DNA of 32,000 nucleotides from Phycisphaera mikurensis NBRC 102666 (lineage in GTDB: Bacteria > Planctomycetota > Phycisphaerae > Phycisphaerales > Phycisphaeraceae): the NCBI RefSeq assembly GCF_000284115.1, contig NC_017080.1, forward strand, positions 2,070,001-2,102,000. Reading direction: 5' to 3'. Numbering within the stretch: position 1 is the stretch's first letter; the number at the start of each line of letters is the position of its first letter. Positions 18,568 to 25,705 of the stretch are shown here, piece after piece. Both the position numbers and the translations under genes were made by a program. A model generated the notes under the pieces. It saw nothing but the letters and a program-made list of their open reading frames with translations. It had not been told where the DNA came from and made no database searches.

Positions 18568-19089
18568 TCATCGCCGCCGGATCCGCCCACAGCCCCGACC
18601 CGCTGCCCGGGCCTCCGCCGCCAGTGTCTCCAGGTCCGGCCGGTCCGCGTGTTGCCACCGCCAGGCGTGCCCCGCCTCCACCAGCCCGGCGCCCAAGTCG
18701 CGCCCGCCATCGTGCCGCACCTCCGCCAGCCGCCGGCCCCAGCGGTCCCGATCGTCGCCCACCAGCTCCACCGCCTCGCCTTCCTCCAGCGCCGCCCAGG
18801 CCCACGCCGTCGCCGCGTCACCTCCAGGCTGCGCTCGCTCGGGGGCGTCGATGCCCAGCACCCGCACCCGCACCACCTCGCCCGCGGGGTCCACCACGTC
18901 CACCGTGTCGCCGTCCACCACCCGGGCCACCCGGAACGGGGGCAGCTCTTCCGGCGTCACCGCCAGCGGGGCCTCGGGCACCGCCTCGGCAGGGGGGCGG
19001 CTCGGCACCGCCGGCGGCCGCATCGTCCACACCACCAGCAGCAGGCCCACCAGCAGCACCAGGCATAGAAGGGTCCGGGGGCTCACCAC
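18568..19089 (-). CDS. Membrane-anchored or secreted thermonuclease-like (SNase-like, OB-fold) protein
   Basis: MVSPRTLLCLVLLVGLLLVVWTMRPPAVP TM/signal, then FRVARVVDGDTVDVVDPAGEVVRVRVLGIDAPERAQPGGDAATAWAWAALEEGEAVELVGDDRDRWGRRLAEVRHDGGRDLGAGLVEAGHAW; classic SNase VxDGDTxxV / RxxGIDAPE / DRWGRxLA motifs. Confidence 0.88.
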   Translation of the reverse strand: MVSPRTLLCLVLLVGLLLVVWTMRPPAVPSRPPAEAVPEAPLAVTPEELPPFRVARVVDGDTVDVVDPAGEVVRVRVLGIDAPERAQPGGDAATAWAWAALEEGEAVELVGDDRDRWGRRLAEVRHDGGRDLGAGLVEAGHAWRWQHADRPDLETLAAEARAAGRGCGRIRRR

Positions 19090-19312
19090 CCGACGCTACC
19101 GCCGCTCGGGTCCGCCGCGACACTCCGCCGCACCCGGACCGCGGGAATGCCCGTGAAGGGCCCGCGGCCGGCCGCTGCGCTTTCTCCCTTACTTGCCCGT
19201 CGGCTTCGCTCGGGCGCGGGTCATGGGCTCCCGCGTCCGCACCGCAGCGGGGGCACCCCTCGGGAGGGACCCCTGCCGGTGCATCCGCCACCCGGCAGGC
19301 ACGCCCGGCTTC

Positions 19313-19627
19313 TCACGCGGCCGGCTCCGGGGGCGGCTCGGGCTCTTCCTCGCCCACCAGCCGCAGCACCGGCTCCCCCGCGGGGCCGCTTGCCCCCGAG
19401 CCGCCGCCACGCTCCAGGGAGGCCACCGCCGCCTCCAGCTCCGCGAGGTCGGCCCGCGCCGCCAGCGTCCCCACCCGGCGCCGGAGGTCCGCCCGCCGCT
19501 TCTCTTGTGCCGGCAGTTCCTCCATCGCCCGCACCACCCCCCGCAGTTGCGGCATCGTCAGGCGGGCCAGCGCCTCGCCTCCCCGCTCCAGCAGCTCCGC
19601 GCGGGTCATCCGGTCGTAGTCGCTCAC
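19313..19627 (-). CDS. Small hypothetical protein (element cargo)
   Basis: GTG start overlaps the preceding stop (GTGA, 19624-19627): MSDYDRMTRAELLERGGEALARLTMPQLRGVVRAMEELPAQEKRRADLRRRVGTLAARADLAELEAAVASLERGG...PVLRLVGEEEPEPPPEPAA. Confidence 0.7.
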   Translation of the reverse strand: MSDYDRMTRAELLERGGEALARLTMPQLRGVVRAMEELPAQEKRRADLRRRVGTLAARADLAELEAAVASLERGGGSGASGPAGEPVLRLVGEEEPEPPPEPAA

Positions 19628-19833
19628 GCCTCACCCCCTGCCCGAGCCGCCGCCGCCTCCACCCGGGCCTGAAGCTCCGCCACCACGCGGGGCAGCTCAC
19701 CGGCAGGCAGCAGGCCCACCAGCTCCCGAGCCTCCGCCCGCAGGGCCTCACGGCCACCCGCTGCGCCACGCGCACCACCCGGCGCACCACTGCCCCCCGG
19801 TTTTCCCGCCTCACGGGGCTCCAGGGCCGATTG
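19624..19833 (-). other. Start-less in-frame coding tail interrupted by attR (predicted integrase C-terminus in the circular form)
   Basis: Minus-frame codons directly adjacent to the core read QSALEPREAGKPGGSGAPGGARGAAGGREALRAEARELVGLLPAGELPRVVAELQARVEAAAARAGGEA*. Phase relative to the 26-bp core equals that of the integrase at attL (both cores give LPPRGVE). The first in-frame GTG is about 38 codons in. Confidence 0.65.
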
Positions 19834-19858
19834 TTCGACTCCCCTAGGGGGTAAGGGT
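19833..19858 (+). repeat. attR core (distal side)
   Basis: GTTCGACTCCCCTAGGGGGTAAGGGT, identical to 11991-12016; flanks differ on both sides (CAGGG/CCCGTG versus CCGATT/GCCGGT). Confidence 0.93.
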
Positions 19859-20019
19859 GCCGGTTGGCACAGGCTCGAGTGCCCCGGCGCGACGCGCCGG
19901 GGCTTTGGCCTGCGCCGTGGCCGGAGGCACGGCTCGCATCGGATTGCGGAGCCAGAGACGCAGCCGGAGACGGAGACGCGGCGGGTCTCGCCCGCGCCCG
20001 CGCGGCGTACGCTCGGCGG

Positions 20020-22458
20020 ATGCACGCGTGGTGGGAGCAGCAGATCCGGTTGCCGTCCGGCTTCCCGGGCCTCCGCCCCGGCGGCCTCGGGGCGGCCGCG
20101 GGGCCGCGGAGGCGCGGCCGCCTCCGCTGGCTGCTCGCCCTGCTGGTCGTGGCGGCGGCCCCGCTGCGGGTGTGGCCGCAAGAGCCGGCCGCGGCGGCGA
20201 GCCCCGGCGGGGTCTCCTTCACGAGTCCGCTCTTGGAGGCCGGCCTGGCGGGCGTGACGAGCCCCGGCGCCTGGACGCCGCTGCTCGTGGAGCTGCAGAA
20301 CGCGGGCGACGCCGACCTGGACCTGACGCTGGTGTGGTCGCTGCCGGACGCGGCGGGCGACACCGCGGAGATGGTGCGGCGGCTGCCGGTGCCCGCGGGC
20401 CGTTCGGCGGCGGCCTGGCTCTACGGCGTGCCGCGGCCCGGGCCGCCGCCGGCCGACGGCTGGCCCGTCGTGGCGCTCGACGCCGGCGGCGCCGTCGTCG
20501 CCGCGGCCGCGGCGCGAGCGGACCCGACGCGCCGGCTGGACACCGGCGAGGAACTGATCCTGCAGCTCTCCGGCAGCGACCTGGGGCTGGGGGACTACCA
20601 GCGGCAGGCGGCGAGCCACGCGAAGCGGAGGCTTCTGCGGGGGTTGCGGCTGGACGAGCTGCCGGACCGGGCGCAGGGGCTGCAGGCCGTGGGCGCGATC
20701 GTCTGGGCGGCCGACGGCGGCGGGGATCCGACGGCCGCCGGCGTGCCGGCGGCCGCCCTGGGGGCGTGGATCCGCGGCGGCGGGCACCTCGTCGTGGTGC
20801 TTCCGGCGGTGGGAGAGCGGTGGACGCAGTCGCCGCTCGCGGCGCTGCTGCCGCTGCCGGCGGGCACGGCCCCCCGGCGTGGCGAGGTGGAGCTGCCGAC
20901 GCTGGGCGTGGTCCGCCCGGCGGACGCCGACGCCGCGCAGGCCTGGATCTTGCCCGACCGCGACGCCGAGGTGCTGCTGCGGGCGGCGTCCGGCGAAGCG
21001 CTCGTCACGTCCGCACGCCGCGGCTTCGGCAAGGTCACGCTGGTGGGCCTGGACCTCACGGCCGCGGCGTACCGCGACGCGGGCCTGCCCAGCGGCACGA
21101 CACGGTTCTGGAACGACGTTTTCGGCTGGTCCGACCCGGCGGTGAGCGAGCGGCGGGAGGCGGTGCTGCGTGGGCAGGTGGCCGCGACCCCGCCGCAGAT
21201 CCAGCCGGCGCGGAACCTGCCGGCGGTGGAGGTGGGCGGCTTCATCGAGCGCTCCCTGGGCCTGCGCGGCAGCGTCTCGACGGCGTTGACGGTGCTGCTG
21301 GGCGTGCTCGTGCTGCTGCCGGTCGCGCTCGGGGCCCTCTCCCTGCGGGGGCGCACGGCCGGGCGCGGGGAGGCGGCCGCGGTGCTTGCCAGCCCGCGCC
21401 GCTGGGCCTGGCCGCTGTTCGCGCTCGCGTGCGTGGGGGCCGCGGGCCTCGCCGCGGCGGTGGCTTTCGCGGGGAGGCCCACGGGGCCTTCCGCGATCCA
21501 CCAGAGCGTGGTGGACCTCGACCCGGCGGCCGGTGCCCGCCGCACCCGCTCCTGGGTGTCGCTGTTCGTCCCGGGCTTCGGGCGGGCGGCGGTGGAGCTC
21601 CGCGGCGAAGGAGAAGCCGGTGCCACGCTCCTCTCGACGGCCGGCGTCCGCAGCGGCGGCGGCGGCTTCCTCGATCCGCAGGCCTACCGCGTCGACGCGG
21701 CGGACCCGCGGGCGGCCGAGCTCCCGCTGCGGTCGACCACACGACCGCTCCGACTCGACCACGCCGAGCGGGACCTGCCCGCGGCCGGCAGCAACCGGGC
21801 GCGGCTGATCGGCACCGCCGAGCACGCGCCGGGGACGCCGCGGCTGCGTGCGACGCTGGAGAGCTCGCTCGCCGCGGACCTCAAGGACGTGCTGATCGTC
21901 TACTGCCCCGGCGAAGGCTTCGCCGGCTCGACGCAGAAGCCGCTCCCGCCGCGGGCCTGGCGGTACGAGCCGGCCGGCGGCGGGACGGTCGGCGTCTGGC
22001 CTGCTGGCGCGACGCTGGAGGTCGACGGCGTGCCGCCCCGGGCGGTGCCGCTCTCCGTCGCGGCGCCGCTGGGCGAGGCCGGCGCCGGCTTCAACGCGTC
22101 CGGCTGGCTCAACGCGGTGCTCGACCAGGGCGGCCTCGCCGCCGCCGCGGACCGCGGGCTCGAACCGTCCCTGGCCGATCCGGTCCGCGCCGGCGAGGCG
22201 CTGAGCTTCTTCGGCCGCCTTCCGCCGCCCGACGTCAACACGGTCGTTCCCCCCTTCGCCGCGAGGCTGCAGCGTGCCCTCCCGGGCCTGGTCGGCCTCG
22301 ACCTGTCGCACCTCACCGGCGGGCCGCGGCTCATCGTCCTCGGCCACGCGGAGGGCGACCCGCTCCCGGTGCCGCTGCGGGTCGACGGCCAGGTCCCGCC
22401 GTCCTCCGGCCGGACGCTGTACCGGGTGATCGTCGACCTCGAGCCCGCCGGCTCCTGA
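20020..22458 (+). CDS. Large membrane-anchored hypothetical protein
   Basis: MHAWWEQQIRLPSGFPGLRPGG...LRWLLALLVVAAAPLRVWPQEPAA; central TM pair LRGSVSTALTVLLGVLVLLPVALGALSLRG / WAWPLFALACVGAAGLAAAVAF; ends LYRVIVDLEPAGS; 44 nt upstream of an ABC ATPase. Confidence 0.82.
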   Translation: MHAWWEQQIRLPSGFPGLRPGGLGAAAGPRRRGRLRWLLALLVVAAAPLRVWPQEPAAAASPGGVSFTSPLLEAGLAGVTSPGAWTPLLVELQNAGDADLDLTLVWSLPDAAGDTAEMVRRLPVPAGRSAAAWLYGVPRPGPPPADGWPVVALDAGGAVVAAAAARADPTRRLDTGEELILQLSGSDLGLGDYQRQAASHAKRRLLRGLRLDELPDRAQGLQAVGAIVWAADGGGDPTAAGVPAAALGAWIRGGGHLVVVLPAVGERWTQSPLAALLPLPAGTAPRRGEVELPTLGVVRPADADAAQAWILPDRDAEVLLRAASGEALVTSARRGFGKVTLVGLDLTAAAYRDAGLPSGTTRFWNDVFGWSDPAVSERREAVLRGQVAATPPQIQPARNLPAVEVGGFIERSLGLRGSVSTALTVLLGVLVLLPVALGALSLRGRTAGRGEAAAVLASPRRWAWPLFALACVGAAGLAAAVAFAGRPTGPSAIHQSVVDLDPAAGARRTRSWVSLFVPGFGRAAVELRGEGEAGATLLSTAGVRSGGGGFLDPQAYRVDAADPRAAELPLRSTTRPLRLDHAERDLPAAGSNRARLIGTAEHAPGTPRLRATLESSLAADLKDVLIVYCPGEGFAGSTQKPLPPRAWRYEPAGGGTVGVWPAGATLEVDGVPPRAVPLSVAAPLGEAGAGFNASGWLNAVLDQGGLAAAADRGLEPSLADPVRAGEALSFFGRLPPPDVNTVVPPFAARLQRALPGLVGLDLSHLTGGPRLIVLGHAEGDPLPVPLRVDGQVPPSSGRTLYRVIVDLEPAGS

Positions 22459-22501
22459 CGCGTCCCCGCCCCCGCTCGCTCCCGCCGCCACCGTCCCGCC
22501 G

Positions 22502-23473
22502 ATGATCTCCACCACCAACCTCACGAAGCGGTACGGCGACGTGATGGCGCTCACCAACTTGAACCTGCAGATCGAGGCGGGGCAGGCGTTCGGCTTCATC
22601 GGCCCCAACGGCGCCGGCAAGACGACGACGATCAAGATCCTCGCGACCCTGCTCCGCCCGACCTGGGGCGAGGCCCGCGTCGACGGGCTCTCGGTCGGGC
22701 CGGTCAACGCCCGCCAGGTGCGGCGGATCATCGGCTACGTGCCCGACTACTTCGGCACGTACCAGGACATGGTCGTCGCGGAGTACCTCGGCTTCTTCGC
22801 CGCCGCCTACGGCCTCGACGGCGGCACGCGGAAGCGGGCGATCGCCGACGTGCTCGAGCTGGTCGGCCTCACCGACAAGGCCGACGCCGACGTGAACGCG
22901 CTCTCCCGCGGGATGCAGCAGCGGCTCTCGGTGGCGCGCGTCCTGCTGCACGACCCGAAGGTGCTGCTGCTGGACGAGCCCGCGTCGGGGCTGGACCCGC
23001 GGGCCCGCGTGGAGATGCGCGAGCTGCTCAAGGAGCTGCACGCGATGGGCAAGACGATCCTGATCTCCTCGCACATCCTGCTCGAGCTCGCCGACCTCTG
23101 CGACGTCGTGGGCATCATCGAGTCCGGCGAGATGCGCTTCACCGGCACCGTGAACGCGCTGATGGCCCGGGTGCAGCCCGATCGCGTGCTGCGGGTGGGC
23201 GTGCCGGCGCAGGCGGAGGCGGCCGCCGGCGTGCTCGCGGCGGTGCCGGGGGTGGCAAACGCGGCCGCGGAGGGTCCCGGTGTCCGGGTGACGCTGCGTG
23301 AGGACGCGCCCGCGGACGTGCGGCAGCGGGTGGCCGCGGCGGTCGTCGGCGGCGGCTACCCGCTGGAGAGCCTGAGCGAGGAGAAGCTGAACCTGGAGGC
23401 GGCGTTCATGAAGCTGACGCGTGAACTGGCGGCGGCGCCGCCGCCCGCTCCGGCGGGGTCCGCGGCCGGCTGA
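22502..23473 (+). CDS. ABC transporter ATP-binding protein
   Basis: Walker A GFIGPNGAGKTTTIKILATLLRPT; signature LSRGMQQRLSVARVLLHDPKVLLLDEPASGLDPRARVEM; H-loop ILISSHILLELADLCD. Confidence 0.93.
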   Translation: MISTTNLTKRYGDVMALTNLNLQIEAGQAFGFIGPNGAGKTTTIKILATLLRPTWGEARVDGLSVGPVNARQVRRIIGYVPDYFGTYQDMVVAEYLGFFAAAYGLDGGTRKRAIADVLELVGLTDKADADVNALSRGMQQRLSVARVLLHDPKVLLLDEPASGLDPRARVEMRELLKELHAMGKTILISSHILLELADLCDVVGIIESGEMRFTGTVNALMARVQPDRVLRVGVPAQAEAAAGVLAAVPGVANAAAEGPGVRVTLREDAPADVRQRVAAAVVGGGYPLESLSEEKLNLEAAFMKLTRELAAAPPPAPAGSAAG

Positions 23474-23530
23474 CCGGCCCGGCCGGCGACTCCGCGGCCG
23501 CGTCTTCCCCCCGCTCCGCCCGCCGGCCGC

Positions 23531-24022
23531 TCAGGCGCCGCGGTCGTTGTCGGCCTCCATCGCCTGCAGCATCCAGAGGTGCTCCTCGACCTCCTGGCCG
23601 ATCGCGATGAGCTGATCCTCGGTGAGCGGGTCGGTGTCGCCGGTGACCTCGATGCTCTGCCGCAGCCGCTGGCTCACCGCCAGCAGGACGTCGCACATCC
23701 GCGTGAGGGTGGTCGGCACGTTCTGGAAGCCATCGGGGTAGCCGGGCTGCGGGGCGTCGCTCGCGACGGCGCCGGGCCGGCCATCGGGCGAGAAGCCCAG
23801 TTGGGCCATCCGCTCGGCGACGGTGTCGGCGCCCTCGCGGGCCGACTTCACGACGTCGTCGAGCTTCTCGTGGACGGAGAGGAACTGCGTGCCGAAGACG
23901 TTCCAATGGGCCTGCTTGGCCTCCAGGGCGAGGCCGATCAGGCTCACCAGCACGGGCTGGAGGGCGTCGGCGGTGGTCTTGGCGTGCTCTTCGGAGAGCG
24001 GATTGCGGGGGAAAAAGCTCAT
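23531..24022 (-). CDS. dps: Dps-family DNA-binding/ferritin-like protein
   Basis: LQPVLVSLIGLALEAKQAHWNVFGTQFLSVHEKLDDVVKSAREGADTVAERMAQLGFSPDGRPGAVA...LRQSIEVTGDTDPLTEDQLIAIGQEVEEHLWMLQAMEAD; Dps KQAHWNVxGxxFxxxHExxDxxxxxxxxxxDxxAER signature. Confidence 0.9.
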   Translation of the reverse strand: MSFFPRNPLSEEHAKTTADALQPVLVSLIGLALEAKQAHWNVFGTQFLSVHEKLDDVVKSAREGADTVAERMAQLGFSPDGRPGAVASDAPQPGYPDGFQNVPTTLTRMCDVLLAVSQRLRQSIEVTGDTDPLTEDQLIAIGQEVEEHLWMLQAMEADNDRGA

Positions 24023-24074
24023 GGGCCGACAGTAGGAGCGGGAGCAACGCGGACGTGGGCGGTCGCTTCGCTCC

Positions 24075-24328
24075 ATCACAGAGTGCACGAAGGACACGAA
24101 GGCTCGAAGGGAAGCAAGGACAAGGGGATGAGGGGGCCTGCGCCGGCGCAACCGCCAAGCACCCTCAGCCCGCTTGATCCGTGTGAACGCCGCGAACCCG
24201 CGAACCCGCGGACCGTGGCCGGTTCCGATCAACCGGGCCGATGATCCGCGGGTTCCGCACGGTGCAGGCCCCCTTGCCTCCCCGTTTCGCTTCGTGCCTT
24301 CACCTCATTCGTGCTCTTCGTGATCAAG
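24075..24328. repeat. Intergenic degenerate inverted repeat with a nested perfect 11-bp hairpin arm pair
   Basis: Left arm ATCACAGAGTGCACGAAGGACACGAAGGCTCGAAGGGAA and reverse complement of the right arm ATCACGAAGAGCACGAATGAGGTGAAGGCACGAAGCGAA are clearly related. Inside, GAACCCGCGGA (24202-24212) pairs with TCCGCGGGTTC (24245-24255). Confidence 0.6.
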
Positions 24329-24400
24329 CGAAGCGCTGCCCGGTCGAGCGCGCAGCAAAGCACCCGCAGCCAGCGGCCACGGGCCGGACGCCGCTCTCGC

Positions 24401-25420
24401 TTACGAGATGTTGGCGCCCTTCACCGTGTCGACGATCACCGCGGCCACCTTGTACGGGTCGGCGGCGGAGTTGGGGCGGCGGTCCTCCAGCCAGCCCTTC
24501 CAGCCGCGCTGGACGGCGAGCAGGGGGATGCGGATCGAGGCGCCGCGGTCGGACACGCCGTAGCTGAACTTGTCCATCGACTGCGTCTCGTGCAGGCCCG
24601 TGAGGCGCTGCTCGTTGTAGGCGCCGTAGACGGCCATGTGCTCCTTGATCCGCGGCTCGAAGGCCTGGCAGATCTTCTCGAAGGTCTCCTTGCTGCCGCA
24701 GGTTCTCAGGACCTCGTTCGAAAAGTTGGCGTGCATGCCCGAGCCGTTCCAGTCGCCCTTGACCGGCTTGGGGTGGTAGTCGACCTTGACGTCGTACTGC
24801 TCGCCGAGCCGCTCCAGCAGGTACCGGGCGACCCAGATCTGGTCGCCGGCCTCCGTGGCCGACTTGCACATGATCTGGTATTCCCACTGGCCGGCCATCA
24901 CCTCGCCGTTGATGCCTTCGAAGTTGAGGCCCGCCTCCAGGCACATGTCCATGTGGCGGTCGATGATCTCGCGGCCGAAGGCCCGGCCGGCGCCGACGCT
25001 GCAGTAGTACGGACCCTGCGGGCCGGGGTACCCGTTCATCGGGAAGCCCAGCGGCAGGTTCGTGGTGGTGTCGATCAGGGTGTACTCCTGCTCGAAGCCG
25101 AACCAGAAGTCGTCGTCGTCGTCGTTGATGGTCGCCCGGCCGTTGGAGGGGTGGGCCGAACCGTCCGCCGAGAGCACCTCGCACATCACCAGGAAGCCGT
25201 TCTCCCGCGCCGGGTCCGGGCAGAGGAACACCGGCTTGAGCAGGCAGTCCGACGAGCCGCCGGTGGCCTGCAGCGTCGACGAGCCGTCGAAGCTCCAGAC
25301 GTCGCAGTCCTCGAGCTTGCCGCCGAAGTCGCGCTCGATCTTGGTCTTGGAGCGGAGGGTCTGGATGGGCTCGTAGCCGTCGAGCCAGATGTACTCGAGC
25401 TTCGCGATCTTGGTGGCCAT
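24401..25420 (-). CDS. glnII: Glutamine synthetase, type II (eukaryote-like GSII)
   Basis: MATKIAKLEYIWLDGYEPIQTLRSKTKI...DVWSFDGSSTLQATGGSSDCLLKPV...WFGFEQEYTL...GPYYCSVGAGRAFGREIIDRHMDMCLEAGLNFEGINGEVMAGQWEYQI...GDWNGSGMHANFS...ASIRIPLLAVQRGWKGWLEDRRPNSAADPYKVAAVIVDTVKG. Confidence 0.92.
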   Translation of the reverse strand: MATKIAKLEYIWLDGYEPIQTLRSKTKIERDFGGKLEDCDVWSFDGSSTLQATGGSSDCLLKPVFLCPDPARENGFLVMCEVLSADGSAHPSNGRATINDDDDDFWFGFEQEYTLIDTTTNLPLGFPMNGYPGPQGPYYCSVGAGRAFGREIIDRHMDMCLEAGLNFEGINGEVMAGQWEYQIMCKSATEAGDQIWVARYLLERLGEQYDVKVDYHPKPVKGDWNGSGMHANFSNEVLRTCGSKETFEKICQAFEPRIKEHMAVYGAYNEQRLTGLHETQSMDKFSYGVSDRGASIRIPLLAVQRGWKGWLEDRRPNSAADPYKVAAVIVDTVKGANIS

Positions 25421-25705
25421 GGTGGCGAGTCTTTCTTTCGTCGGGACGCGGAGCGCCGGTGTGCAAGGGGCCAACTGGGCCCCGGGCGGCGCGAACGGCG
25501 GGAACGGTAGCGGACCGCCGCGGCGGTTGCAACGGGCATTGCTGCGCCCGCCGACAGCCGGCGGTAGAACCGCCGTTTTTCTAAGCAGCGGGTGCCCGGG
25601 GGGCGGGCGGCTCGGTGCGGAGCGGCGTGGGTGTCGGGAGGAGGCGGGCGGCCTTCCGCGGGCGCCGATCGCCCCGCCGCCGCCCGCCAAAGGTCGTGGC
25701 GTCGA

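Larger units (their letters stand above)
11991..19858 (-). mobile_element. Integrative element (~7.84 kb) inserted at tRNA-Glu(CTC); tyrosine-recombinase, HTH and DUF3987/TOPRIM type
   Basis: Perfect 26-bp direct repeat at both ends, one copy in the tRNA 3' end; adjacent tyrosine recombinase; co-directional accessory genes between the repeats; host-type genes resume outside. Confidence 0.93.

Noticed and set aside
18818-19291. Possible small zinc-ribbon-like protein (MADAPAGVPPEGCPRCGADAGAHDPRPSEADG...)
   Set aside because: The start has nice spacing after the 104-aa ORF, but most of the frame overlaps the convincing SNase gene in another frame and becomes low complexity. Kept as unproven.
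19624-22731. 1035-aa minus-strand ORF spanning attR and the host gene 20020-22458
   Set aside because: Beyond attR it is antisense to a convincing plus-strand membrane protein and has shadow-ORF composition (HRPGRHAVDLQRRASRPDADRP). Only the 69 codons inside the element are considered meaningful.
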